A stretch of DNA of 62,752 nt, counting the filler, from Asterionella formosa (Eukaryota), in assembly GCA_002256025.1 (NCBI GenBank). It is 16 parts of 16 records of this genome, joined end to end, with 100 filler letters (N's around TTAATTAATTAA, not from the genome) between each part and the next. Parts side by side here need not be neighbours in the genome. Positions count along the whole stretch, not along the records: positions 12,551 to 43,949 come from NKIB01000693.1; 15 more parts are not named here. One strand, 5' to 3'. The number at the start of each line of letters is the position of its first letter. The stretch's first letter is position 1. The translations under genes and the position numbers were made by a program. This document shows positions 12,451-23,649 of the stretch, piece by piece. The notes beneath the pieces were generated by a model. It searched no databases and was not told where the DNA came from. It worked only from the letters and a program-made list of their open reading frames with translations.

Positions 12451-12550
12451 NNNNNNNNNNNNNNNNNNNNNNNNNNNNNNNNNNNNNNNNNNNNTTAATT
12501 AATTAANNNNNNNNNNNNNNNNNNNNNNNNNNNNNNNNNNNNNNNNNNNN

Positions 12551-13933
12551 CAGCATCAGCAGAATCCAATCCAACGATTTCTGACCAATCGAGCGTCGAT
12601 GAAGCTGGCACGGAGCAATGCTACCACGATGTCGACGAGATCATCATCTGTTGGCTCTTTCGTCTTGGAGGAAACGGGGGTATCTGCAGAAATGATGACT
12701 GAAAGTACGCCAGCCCATGGAACGGAAGTGGTCATTCGACCGGATGCTGCAGATTGCGGTGTCTCCGTAGACGCGGCCTTACAACACATGCGGAGGGGGG
12801 CGTACCACGAGGCCTTGGAGACGCTAGAGGCTGCGCTTCAGCAGGAGCATCCGAGCAAGCGAACGCTCATCCAATATTGCTCGTTGATGGTTCATCTTGA
12901 GCTGTCGACCGAGGTCGGTGACCATCATGATGCACAAGCGGAGCTCATTTGGAAGGTGCATATGGAAAATATTGATTTGACTGCACTTGCACTGCCACCT
13001 GCCACCGTTAAGTTGTTTCACTTTTTCTGCAAAAAGGAAGAGTGGCGTCAAGCTCTCAGGCTAGCACGAGATATCAACGGTGATGCTATCGACGATGAGA
13101 TACTTGGAGAGATTTTCTATAACGTTGGAACAAGCACTGCGACCCCTCACGACGAAGCTGTAGAATGTCTGGAGCAAGCCTTCGCTCTCATGAAGCACAA
13201 GCATGAAGCTTACACTGCTCTCCTGCAATCTCTAGCAGCTAGTCACGAATTGACAAGGGCTACTGTGATCCATGAGAAATACTTGCAAGGATTGACCTCT
13301 CCGGCAGCTCGTTCCACTGCTAGACTAGAATTGGCGGAATGCCTAATTGCTGACTATCAAGTTGAACATGGCCTCATGCTAATTCATCAAGGTCTAGAGG
13401 AGTGTCCAAACTGCCTTCCTCTCCTCCACGCCAAAGCCGAAGTTTTTCTCCACCGAGGCCGCACAAGGGAGGCCCTTGACTTGTATGAACACATGTTGAT
13501 TGGGACAGAAGGTTCCCTGGAGCAGACTAAGATTCTATACGCACTTTCCAAAATACATCTACGCCTCAAGCTTCCAATGCAGGCCATTCAGTACAGCAAG
13601 CGAGAATTGAAATTGACCAAGAAATTACTAGGCAAGTCACATGTTCTGGTGGCTAGAATATATTCGCATCTTGGCAGAATATATGATAGCACCTGCGATT
13701 ACGATGAGGCCATTACTTTTTACAACAAGGCCCTGCTGTTAGAAACACAAGAATTGAATCGCCTCAAACATGCTTGCCTTTGGACGTCAAACGAAACTCA
13801 AATGGAATCATACGATTCGCAAATGGCAGACGTACGGCATGTCATCTCGCAAACGAAGAAATTGTTGGGCAAGATTCATTACAAGACAGGAAATTGGAAA
13901 GGCGCTATTGACGCTAGTGGCATGTCGCGATGA
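12551..13933 (+). CDS. Tetratricopeptide-repeat (TPR) protein, possibly 5'-truncated
   Basis: 444-aa ORF from 12599, with the frame open back to the contig start. TPR-like helices such as VARIYSHLGRIYDSTCDYDEAITFYNKAL and LLHAKAEVFLHRGRTREALDLYE. Confidence 0.85.
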   Translation, partial: QHQQNPIQRFLTNRASMKLARSNATTMSTRSSSVGSFVLEETGVSAEMMTESTPAHGTEVVIRPDAADCGVSVDAALQHMRRGAYHEALETLEAALQQEHPSKRTLIQYCSLMVHLELSTEVGDHHDAQAELIWKVHMENIDLTALALPPATVKLFHFFCKKEEWRQALRLARDINGDAIDDEILGEIFYNVGTSTATPHDEAVECLEQAFALMKHKHEAYTALLQSLAASHELTRATVIHEKYLQGLTSPAARSTARLELAECLIADYQVEHGLMLIHQGLEECPNCLPLLHAKAEVFLHRGRTREALDLYEHMLIGTEGSLEQTKILYALSKIHLRLKLPMQAIQYSKRELKLTKKLLGKSHVLVARIYSHLGRIYDSTCDYDEAITFYNKALLLETQELNRLKHACLWTSNETQMESYDSQMADVRHVISQTKKLLGKIHYKTGNWKGAIDASGMSR

Positions 13934-14475
13934 CGAACTTGCTAATGAGAAAATATATTGGTAATTGATAAAGGGATTATATCCACAACTTGATGCTTTG
14001 TTCTTTTGTAAATTTAATTAAACCGACCACTGCCATAATTAATAATGTCTGTTTCTCTTTCCTCATTTTAGTGCTCGTCAATAGATGTATACATGATAGA
14101 CAAAGACGAAGCAGTCCTGTGTTTGTGTTATTCCTAGCTTTCCTTCACTTTCGTATCATAAGGTTTATCATAAACGTAGGAAACCTTGGCCATTTTCATC
14201 TACATACCGGTATATGTACTGCTGAGAATTGTAGCCCCAAAATCACCTGTCATGATAGCTTATGCGATTAATTGCAGTGGCGTAGTGATCATGTCTAAAA
14301 GTGAATGGTGATACTGCTATCATCCGCTCCTTACTAAATTTTCCATGTTTGATTTGAATGACTACTTGTATTGATGACCAATAAATGAATAAAATAATAT
14401 AGAGAGTTCATAAATAGTCTAGTGACAAGGGTTCCTATAGTCTTCAGCAACCAAACAGAATTATGGCCCACCCCA

Positions 14476-15090
14476 CTAATCTTGACGAGCCTTCAAAATA
14501 CGCGTCGTGACTCCATCCTTCGTGATGATATGAACAATACCACCCCATCCCGACAGAGCATCCCTATCTACCGACGCCATTAAGGCCTGTGAAAGCGTTT
14601 CAAACAATTGGTCCGGGTCCTGATCCTTGCGGTACAGAGTCTCGCACATCCCGTACAAGTTCCCAGTGCACGTTCCACTAACGACAAAGTCATCCGCCAT
14701 AACCGTGGCACCAATCAAGTCCATCCCCGAAAGGAAGGGTTGGTTCTTGTCGTCCAATCCAGCAATGATGGGCTCACAAAAGTAAGGACCGAAGCGCTTT
14801 TCGTAAAGGAGCGTACTGAGCAAGTGCGAAAAGACTTTGGGAGACATCTCTCTCTCTTCTCGTAGCTTGTAGATATTCAAACGAAACTGCAGCAGATTAT
14901 GCAGGGTCTGAACGTCCGTGGCTAGACCAGCAAGGCCTACATAGAGCTTTTCTTGCATTGGAAAGACTTTTTGAAAGTCCATCGCGATCGTCTTGGCCTG
15001 CGATCCGAGGCGACGATCTGAGGCGATTCCTACGCAGTCTTTGCCCGCCATGGCAATCATGGCGGCTCCGTTGTATTCCAGAATAGACAT
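14476..15090 (-). CDS. PSMB3: 20S proteasome subunit beta type-3
   Basis: 204 aa, [25 protein letters not shown]...GLAGLATDV...[10 protein letters not shown]...DRDALSGWG...LKARQD: a classic beta-3 (Pup3) sequence. Confidence 0.97.
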   Translation of the reverse strand: MSILEYNGAAMIAMAGKDCVGIASDRRLGSQAKTIAMDFQKVFPMQEKLYVGLAGLATDVQTLHNLLQFRLNIYKLREEREMSPKVFSHLLSTLLYEKRFGPYFCEPIIAGLDDKNQPFLSGMDLIGATVMADDFVVSGTCTGNLYGMCETLYRKDQDPDQLFETLSQALMASVDRDALSGWGGIVHIITKDGVTTRILKARQD

Positions 15091-16587
15091 GGTTTCCGGT
15101 GGCGTGTGGGGAAAGTATCAAAAAACAGCGACTGCAATTTTTTTTAGCTGAGATGTCGATAATTGAGTACCGGTATCATATGAGAGAACAGGGGAAAGAA
15201 TGAAATGGAAGTATGATGAATAAAAATAACAGCATGTGTCTGTTAGGCTGTTGATGTCGACAGGTGTCCGAAGAGTAGATGTAGTCTGAGGAATGTCTGA
15301 ATGGAAATAGAGTATGTACCAGGGACATCTGTAAAACGTGCTTAAAACCGATAAACGGCAGTAACTTTGGGTAAAAATTATTAGCTAATTTATCAGAACT
15401 TGATATAACTGCAGGACAGTGGAGCCGGGCAAGGAGCCCATGTGGTTCTTAGAGTTTAGGAGGAGTTTTTGTAAGTGTATTACTAGTATTACTAGGTGTG
15501 CTGCTGAGTCAGGCAAGGAGCCCATGTGGCACTTAATATATGGTGGATCAAGAGAGAGAAAAAGACATTGTCATGATTGAGATAGGAAGGAAGCAAAGCA
15601 GTAGGTTATAGAGGAGAAAGGCTCGAATAGATATTTGATGCATAGTCTCAGAAGAAGCAAAGAGAGTCAGAAATAGCTATCTTGGATCATGCTAAGAATG
15701 AGAATATAAAGAAAGTATTAATGCTCAGATGAATGCTAATGAATCAATAGCCGAAGAAGAATGGGAACCTGGTGCACCAAGGCAGATTATCGAGTTTTCT
15801 GAAAATAAAACAGATAGAAGATATTGCTGGAAAGGACGAGGCCTGCCTGTCATTGAACATTGAAAGTGGGGACAGGCAGGCATAGTAGAAAAGAAATGAA
15901 TATGGCAATTCATGAATACACACACATTTGCGTGAAAAACGATATTGGCATTTTATCTGGGTACAGCAAGACTTGAGTATATTTTTATCTGGGTGTGGTG
16001 AATATATTGAAATGCATAATATATTTATTTTGACTCCAAACAAAACGGCTTTATTCAATTTCTTAGTACTACTACTAATTATTAAAATACTACCATTCTG
16101 CTCTTCGGGGAATGGCTCAGTTGATTGGGCACGTTGCCCTTGATTTCAAGTTGTGTGGTTCACTCGATTCCTGATTTTTTTTGAGAAGCAATTGTTGTGT
16201 TCGACTCCCACTCTCTGGTGTGCAAGGAAAAGCATGGACACAACAAGTTCTGCGCCAATGAGGAGATCAGAGGTCCTCCACAAGTCGGTTTCATCAACAA
16301 ACAATACTAGATTAACCTGGTGGGCATTGGGATATAAAGAGGCCAGGAGGCAACAGGCGTAAAAAAGTAGGCACTAGCTAATTATATATATTTATATATA
16401 TCCTTACTTTTCGTAAATGAAGAGGTATGCATCGCAAATGAATTATCCGTGAAAGTAAATGTTAGTTGCTGAACTTAGCTATATTATATATATATATATA
16501 TACGTCTGTGAAAAGATTTTCCATTTGATCTAACATTTTACTCAGCATACGTTAAAAAACTGATTAATTATTCAAATATTTTGACAT

Positions 16588-16912
16588 GTTGATGATAATT
16601 TTGATATATCAACGGCAGTGTCTGTGTGATCAATCAAATTTGTACATTAGGTTAGTAGCATACACATGTTAGGTTATGTGTATATAAGAACTCGTATATA
16701 TTAGTTACCAAATCTAATCGGTTAACCAAAATTGTTGATATATTGATCAAATGTTTTGTTACGTTGATGATAATTTTGATATATCAATGGCTGTGTCCGT
16801 GTGGTCGTCAATCAAATTTGTTTGTCAGATTATTTGCTTACACATAGATAGAAGTCATATTTATTAGTTATCAAATTTAATATGCTAACCAAATGCTTTG
16901 ATATATTGATGC
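16588..16912 (+). repeat. Degenerate direct repeat, period ~160-175 bp
   Basis: GTTGATGATAATTTTGATATATCAA..G..TGT..GTG...TCAATCAAATTTGT at about 16588 and 16763. A second block, TTAGTTA.CAAAT...AACCAAA...TGATATATTGAT, is also duplicated. Confidence 0.75.
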
Positions 16913-19113
16913 ATTGTTTGATTGATCAATAGCTGTTGTTCTTTGATCAATTATTGTTTTAGCGAAGGTTATGACTTTACACAGATCACCTTCCATGTAG
17001 GTAAACCTTGTACCCAACGATGCTATTAGAATGAATTCTGTGCAACAAGGGTGCGTTCCTTGTTGCCATTCCGATTTGAATGCTCTACCCATACATGCTT
17101 TGATCCAATTCTTGTACCAGTAGTATTCGTCATTATCTCTCCATTCGCATACCAGTAATCGAATTTCTTACAAGCCATGTGCGTTTGTTGAACAATCCCT
17201 TACGAGCTACCTTCTTGCGGGGACGACGATAATCTCCTCAGTCTTATAACGAATAATATGGTCTCGATATTGATGGGGAATTATGCTGGCGAAGTCTGAT
17301 TGATTGTTTGTTACTCGAAATCAATTTATACGACAGAATTGGAGAACGATGCATTGAAGGCCATACCTGATTCCAATTCCAACCGAAATCAAGAAGAAAG
17401 TAGTACCTTATGATCATAATTCGCCCATTGCGCACATCGATCCGTATTTCGAATCTGTTCTTTAAGATGAGATGTGGCTCAAAGTGAAGATGGACCAGAT
17501 GGCGGCGCAGTTTGTTGTTCATGGCCTTAATCATGGGTCTTCCAATCTCATTGACTAGCTATTGGCGCGCACATTTGTATGCTGCAGAATTAGAGCCGCA
17601 ACATCACTAATCAAGAAGTAGCTTCATTTCATTCAGGAAATAGTAGCATCACATGAACCTTGAATAGCAGGGGGTTCGAAATAACAATAGTAACTTTGCT
17701 TAATAGCATTGTACTATCCCATTGTTTTAAGAAATCTCTTTATTGGCAACATCAGAGGCACTATATAGGACAGCCTAACCCCATTGCCACACATATACTT
17801 TCCACAAAGTGACCGCTATTTTTATATAGCTTATATACGTAGTGTAGCTTGTCCCACTCATATGTTCTTGCCACTCCGAAGAAGTGTAAAATATTTATGA
17901 GGGTACCAGAACCATTATTCAATCAATAGCTGATTCCAATGTCGTACAACAACAATGGTTGTCGAAAGAGGAACAAGATTCTGTGCACCATTACGGTCAC
18001 ATTTGAGAAGCATTGCCAAAATTGGGAAACTTTTTTCCTAACGAGCCGATGGAATTAGTCATACCTGTCATTCCAAATAAAGATCACCGACGTCGTGTAT
18101 TCTCCGTTTATGCATTGACACAGGCGAGTGAAAACGACACAGTTGATGCCAGTTCATCTTCTCCCAATACCATTCCAAGAAGTAAAGATCGTGTTGCATG
18201 TATGCCCGTGGTAGATCTTGTTTTTACTTCCTCAGAGTGTCTAATTGAGTCTATTGAATCTGATAGACTTGATATAAAATCTCCCTCGTCTTCCAAAGCA
18301 AAAGCAAAATGTAAATTAAAGGAAACTCCAGACATGGTTGCCAATCCGGAAGAAGCAGTCCATGACTTGTCACCAAAGAATTCCGAAATTGTAGGAGTGA
18401 TTGGGAAAGTAAATAAAGAACAGGTCAAAGAAGAAAGTGATTTGTCCCATTTATCCAGTAAGGAGTTGGAAATATTGAAACAGGACATGGTTGCCAGTCT
18501 GGATGTAGTTCATGGGTGCATTTGGTGGCATATTGTTGTCTTTCTGATGTACTCTAAAATCTCGAGGAAAGTGCTGAGTTTTCCATAAAATCATCGCTGG
18601 TCCTATATGATTCCGAAATCTCCTTGAAGTTTCAAATGATGTTTTGTTAAACAAGCCAGACTCTAGGACCACATAGAATTTGTTGAGAACAAAATCCAGG
18701 ACACTGTCATCTAGTCTCTTCTCCTTGCCTTTGTCATTATGATCAAAGTATCTAACCAGTAAGAGTCGTTCCTTACTCTTCTGTTGTCTCTTGAACAGAC
18801 ATGAAATACGCCATAGAAACACGTTTTTCCTGATTGAAAAATCTGCGATTGGTATCCCCTTCACAACCAAGATCTTTCCATTCCTTGTAGCACTTGGAAC
18901 ATTTGCCATTCCAGATAACAATTGATATATTCTTGCACTATCGATAGCTTGCAAATGTCAAGTTGTCAAGAAAAATGTGCCTGTAACAAAACAAGGAAGC
19001 AGAAGAGATAATGGTCTGTCAACTATAGGAGGAGTAGACAGTGGGCAAGTGCTGGATTGGAAGTGATGCAGCACCAAGCGAGCGACATAGTACTCAGTAA
19101 TAGACATTAGATT

Positions 19114-19394
19114 GGTAGCGCAAAGCTACAGGTTCATAGTACCAGCTTAGTAATAGGTACAGTTTCACTGTAGCCATGTCATGTTCCGACCGTGTATTGA
19201 GACAAGGGGAAGAAGGGAATGCTGGTAGGGCAAACCTACAGTTTCACAGTACCAGCGTAGTAATACGTACAGTTTCACAGTAGCCACGTCATGTTCCGAC
19301 TGGGTATTGAGAGAAGGGGAAGAAGGCTATGCTGGTAGGGCAAACCTACAGTTTCACAGTACCAGCGTAGTAATAGGTACAGTTTAACAGTACC
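19114..19394 (+). repeat. 110-bp tandem repeat, ~2.5 copies
   Basis: Units start at 19114, 19224 and 19334 (GGTAGGGCAAACCTACAGTTTCACAGTACCAGCGTAGTAAT...), with an internal sub-repeat TACAGTTTCACAGTA. Confidence 0.92.
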
Positions 19395-19739
19395 GGGTAT
19401 TCGAATTCCTGTTAAGCAAGTCTTGTATATTTTATCTAGTCATACATACTGGTAGGGTATTAAATGTTCCTTCGAAAACGTTACTAGACATTAACATACT
19501 TTTTGAAGAAGAGGAAATGTTGAGATATTGTTAAAAAATTCATGCCAGTAATGCATTCTATTCCACATAACAAACTGATGAGGGAATGGTGATCGAGAGC
19601 CTTCTACCGGTATCAAACCAACCGGTGAAAAGAGGTAAATTATATGATTGTTTTGCTTCTCAACTGTGGCTACCAAGGGGCTTATGATCGGTACCGTGTG
19701 AGACCGGAAGCAAACTATAAAATTGTATCGCTGTTCGTG

Positions 19740-20423
19740 TGCGCTGCTACCACTCAAAGTTTCTACACTTCCTCAGGACCAACGATAAAAATCAACCTCA
19801 TTACGAGGTAAGAAACCGCACTTAATATGTTTGTGCACAATGCTGCAGAGGCTTTGTAGTGTCTGTGTCCCATAATTTGGATTTCGACATTAAAAGCAGA
19901 TTTCCCTTCCATATATGCAGATGTGAGGGTTAATAACGCTACCTGTCACCCATCATCAACAGTGAGAGCATAGGTAAGTTACTATACTCTCATTTGATGC
20001 TCGTTATGTCGGTTGGAAGAACGTGAAGTGACTATATACTAGATTGTTTATGTCATCAGTTCGTGGCACATGTGTGGCTGGAGATGCTTTAATCATTGCA
20101 ACACTTTTGCTAACATTGATATTTTCTCCTCAAATCTTACAGGAACCTTGGAGAATGTGGCTTGCTACCATTCTTAATGGAAGCAACAATCAACCACGAG
20201 AGCACAGGTAAGTAATATGCACATTGCCTGCTCATAGTACGGAAATTGGAGTGATGGATTGTTCATGTGATCGTTTCGTTGCAGATATCTACGTTTAGAT
20301 GCCTTGCTTACTTGATGCAACAGTTTTGATCACATTGTTGTTATTATCTCTTACAGGAAAGTCGTACAAGAACATTGGAGAATGTGACTTGCTGCCATTC
20401 GCAATGGTAGAGGTTCGAATAAA
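19740..20423 (+). ncRNA. Putative spliced non-coding or decayed transcript with three GT-AG introns
   Basis: Introns 19808-19920, 19974-20142 and 20208-20356 (AG|GTAAGA or AG|GTAAGT donors, YAG acceptors, CTAAC at ~20110). AATAAA at 20418. All three frames stop in exon 2. The 5' boundary is arbitrary. Confidence 0.4.
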
Positions 20424-20805
20424 GCATCATCAATTTTGTTTACTCTCTCATTTCATTTTGAAAAGGCAATGATCTAAACATAGCTATCGGAAGTGAAAAT
20501 TAAGGTATTGAAGACCACTGTGGCTGTACTCGTTCTGATAGAGGATGCACAGTGGAAAGTATGGGTGACCAGAAGTAGAATATTTGAGTATTTAATAGCA
20601 ATCCATTTAATTCGATTTGTGTTCATCATTGATCGAACATGATAATAGGTTTGGTCAGTAGTAATGAACGTTAGATCGAAAGCTAAAAATTCTATATGAT
20701 ATAAGCATTCCAAAGGTTAGACAGAATGAATAACTGATTTGATCTCACGATTACTATCTTTAGATCGAACACCAAAACGTTTGTTGATATCAAATCAGCT
20801 TTTTT

Positions 20806-20860
20806 GTATGATCAATCAGTAATTCTGTATGATCAATCAGTTTTTTTGTATGATCAATCA
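20806..20860 (+). repeat. TGTATGATCAATCA x3 subterminal repeat
   Basis: Three direct copies spaced 20-21 bp apart. Confidence 0.85.
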
Positions 20861-21082
20861 AAAAATAATGCGTCATACTAAGAAATTTTTGGAGTGGGTC
20901 TTACAGCAAAACTGTTAGACCTAACGGTTTTTTTAATTTACAGACGCAGCTAGCGGTTTTGCAGGGTGTATAATATTCCTGGGATGATAGGCATATATAC
21001 TGAGATGAGCAAATATTAAAAGACTCTATGTAATGGTCATGAATGAGCAAGCCATCATGAAACATTTAGAGTTGACTAGCTC

Positions 21083-21262
21083 TACTGGGCGGATCTCTAG
21101 CTTTGATTCAACCAAATCAATCATCATCTTCAAGCGATTACCAAGATTGGATCACACTCTATAAAATAACAAGATACTGGGCGGATCTCTAGCTTTGACT
21201 CAACCAAATCAATCATCATCTTATTACCAAAATTGGATCACACTCTAAAAAATAACAAGATA
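21083..21262 (+). repeat. ~92-bp tandem duplication
   Basis: TACTGGGCGGATCTCTAGCTTTGA.TCAACCAAATCAATCATCATCTT...TTGGATCACACTCTA.AAAATAACAAGATA at 21083 and 21175. Confidence 0.92.
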
Positions 21263-21407
21263 AAGCATATCCGAAAAAGTGTGTGATGTTTAAATAAAGT
21301 AGGATGAAAATGGCAATTGCCATCATTTTGTTGACAACACAAGATTGATTCATTGTAATGACATTCAACAACTTCCGGGTTTCTTGTCAACCAAAAATTC
21401 CTAAGAG

Positions 21408-22713
21408 CAGGTCTTAACAGAGATGCAAAAATTTTAAAAAAGTTGCTCAGCGCAATTTTTTGTATCTCCAACATCCGGGTGGTATGTTGCTTCCAGCAAC
21501 ACTTTTTTGTTGCTCCGAAATGCGTATCTGTGTTTATTGCTGCAGATACACTAATTTTTATGTCATGGCTGTAATTACCGGTAAATTAAATTAATCAACA
21601 AAGACACCACCATTTTTATCTAATGGCAACAATGGAAAAAAATTTTGGGAGGAGGGATCAAGAGCAATTACCGGTAAATGCGCAAGAACTCATGTCATTA
21701 TGGCGTTCTCGCCTTCATTAGGAATGGATAGATGTGCATGCTATTTGCTGCACACAACATCAAGGAGAGGCTATTCAAGTTATTTGATTGTCTACATTTA
21801 TCCTCAATGAGAACTATATTCAGGCAGAGCGAAAGGAGCAGATTGAGTTAGACGATCAACTTGAGAGCACAAAACCGACTCAAATCTGGCCCCAAATCAA
21901 ATACTTTTCAATGCTCTGATAAACACCTGGGATCAAACATGTACAAATTGGGTTTCCCTGGAGTAGTAAAACCGAATGTTCTAAAGATGCAACACAGTGC
22001 TTGACTGTCTAGTTGCCAAGTCATGATCCAAAGGTTCTGTAACTCGATCAGAAGCTCATTTGGAAGTTATGCTTGAACGATATAATGCAGGAGATATTCA
22101 TGTTATGTCCAACACAATCTCATTCAACCATTGTTATCAATGCCTTTGCAAAAAAACTCGAGATCGAGATGCTGCAGTAATTCCAGCAGCCATTTTGCTA
22201 GAATGAAAGCCTGTGGTGTGCTGTATACAGCCAAACACTCAATCTTACAATTCACTAATATTGGCTTGGACCAACAGTCGCGATTTGCAAGCAGATATTA
22301 AGGCGGAGGGACAGGATGTGTACTTTCATTCCAGACGGCAACTTGGTTGATAAATAAATTGCGGCCCCAAGGGTTGTTCCGGCAAAAAGTCCTTGGCCTC
22401 TCCATATGTGAACTTGTTCTAGAGCCAATGCATGAGTGACGTAATTGCGAACATGCATACGCATCGGTAGTCTTGACAGGCAACTCTGGATGCAGGCGGT
22501 GGAAGGTGGTTATGAGCAGGAGTAATTGGTTATCCCACATCACTATATTTTCGCTGATTTTTTTGAGTCTGGGCAGCACATGTTTGGGAAGACACGAAGA
22601 AAAGAGCTGACTGTTTTGCTGTTACTGAGTTTTATTTGTGAAATGTATATGTAAAGATTCATTTTTTTCTAAAGATAAAAAAATAAAAAAAATTGTATCT
22701 CTGTGAAGACCTG
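21408..22713 (+). mobile_element. Non-autonomous TIR element (CAGG ends, hAT-like) carrying a PPR gene fragment
   Basis: Left end CAGGTCTTAACAGAGATGCAA at 21408; right end TTGTATCTCTGTGAAGACCTG ending at 22713. No matching TSD seen. Confidence 0.65.
21860..22300 (+). pseudogene. Degenerate PPR gene fragment
   Basis: Nucleotide match to the PPR gene on contig 60769-62752 (e.g. GGAAGTTATGCTTGAACGATA.AATGCAGGAGATATTCATGTTATG..AACACAATCTCATTCAAC), with frameshifts and an internal deletion. Confidence 0.88.
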
Positions 22714-22751
22714 TGTGTGTGTGTGCGTTCTATAGTACAAACCAGCGAGAT

Positions 22752-23004
22752 GATACAGATCTACTAATTATACTACTCTTAAATGTTAACATATTAAATA
22801 TATTCCTTGAACCAAGAAAGCATAGGGTTGATCTCAGAAACAAATATGCAATTTACAAGATACAGATTTACTAATTACACTCTTACAGTTAATTTACAAG
22901 ATACAGATTTACTAATTATACTCTTAAATGTTAATATTAAATATATTCCTTGAACCAAGAAAGCATAGGGTTGATCTCAGAAACAAATATCCAATTTACA
23001 AGAT
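22752..23004 (+). repeat. AT-rich tandem duplication (~105-bp unit twice plus a partial unit)
   Basis: GATACAGAT.TACTAATTATAC...TATTAAATATATTCCTTGAACCAAGAAAGCATAGGGTTGATCTCAGAAACAAATAT.CAATTTACAAGAT is repeated. Confidence 0.9.
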
Positions 23005-23067
23005 TCTATTTAAATTCATCCTTCTCCAATGATACATTTTCATCCTATAGCGGCAGACGAAGGAATC

Positions 23068-23104
23068 AATAGCCAACAATCCTGTCACAGGATTGTTGGC
23101 TATT
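23068..23104. repeat. Perfect 37-bp palindrome
   Basis: AATAGCCAACAATCCTGT-C-ACAGGATTGTTGGCTATT: 18-bp arms with a 1-nt spacer. Confidence 0.95.
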
Positions 23105-23649
23105 TTTGTTGAGATTGAAATTTTCTCGGCATTAACCGCCAAAATATGGTTCAAAGCCTGATCTATGCAGTCTCAGGAGTAAACCAACTATATTGGAGGA
23201 GGAATGGCCACATCAAGAGCCGGTGAGAATTAGAATCCTAGTTCACAACTAGTTACCAGTAATAAAAAGTGAAAAAACAGAAAAACAAAAAAACCGATTG
23301 TAAACAAACAAGATTTTGAAACACAAGTCAGTATCATACGTGTGGAATGTGACCCCACCATACATACATGCTCTACATTATGTCAACAAGATATACGCAC
23401 ACCTGTGGTGTAAGACGTTCGAATATGTTGCTAGTAATCATAATATGCTACAGGAACAAAATGAAACTGGTACCGTTAAACAACCGAAACCCAGAACTAA
23501 GGCCGCTGCGAGCGCTCCAATCCTTAACCAAAAGACATTGGTCGAAATAAGGGTATGTTCTTTCTTCAGATATGGTAACGCAGACCTCTCTCTAGGATTT
23601 TTTTTAAAAATTCAACGAAAGAGGCTATCAGGCATAACGAAATCTAAGA

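Larger units (their letters stand above)
16503..20946. mobile_element. Putative non-autonomous TIR DNA transposon (~4.4 kb)
   Basis: Imperfect inverted ends: CGTCTGTGAAAAGATTTTCCATTTGATCTAACATTTTACT versus the reverse complement CGTCTGTAAATTAAAAAAACCGTTAGGTCTAACAGTTTTGCT. GATCAATCA-rich subterminal repeats at both ends; the left end abuts (TA)n. No TSD identified. Confidence 0.5.

Noticed and set aside
15428..15529. 18-bp direct repeat GGCAAGGAGCCCATGTGG
   Set aside because: Only two copies; no array or element structure can be supported.
19974..20356. Intronic C/D snoRNAs in the duplicated introns
   Set aside because: No convincing RUGAUGA/CUGA box pair with a terminal stem was seen.
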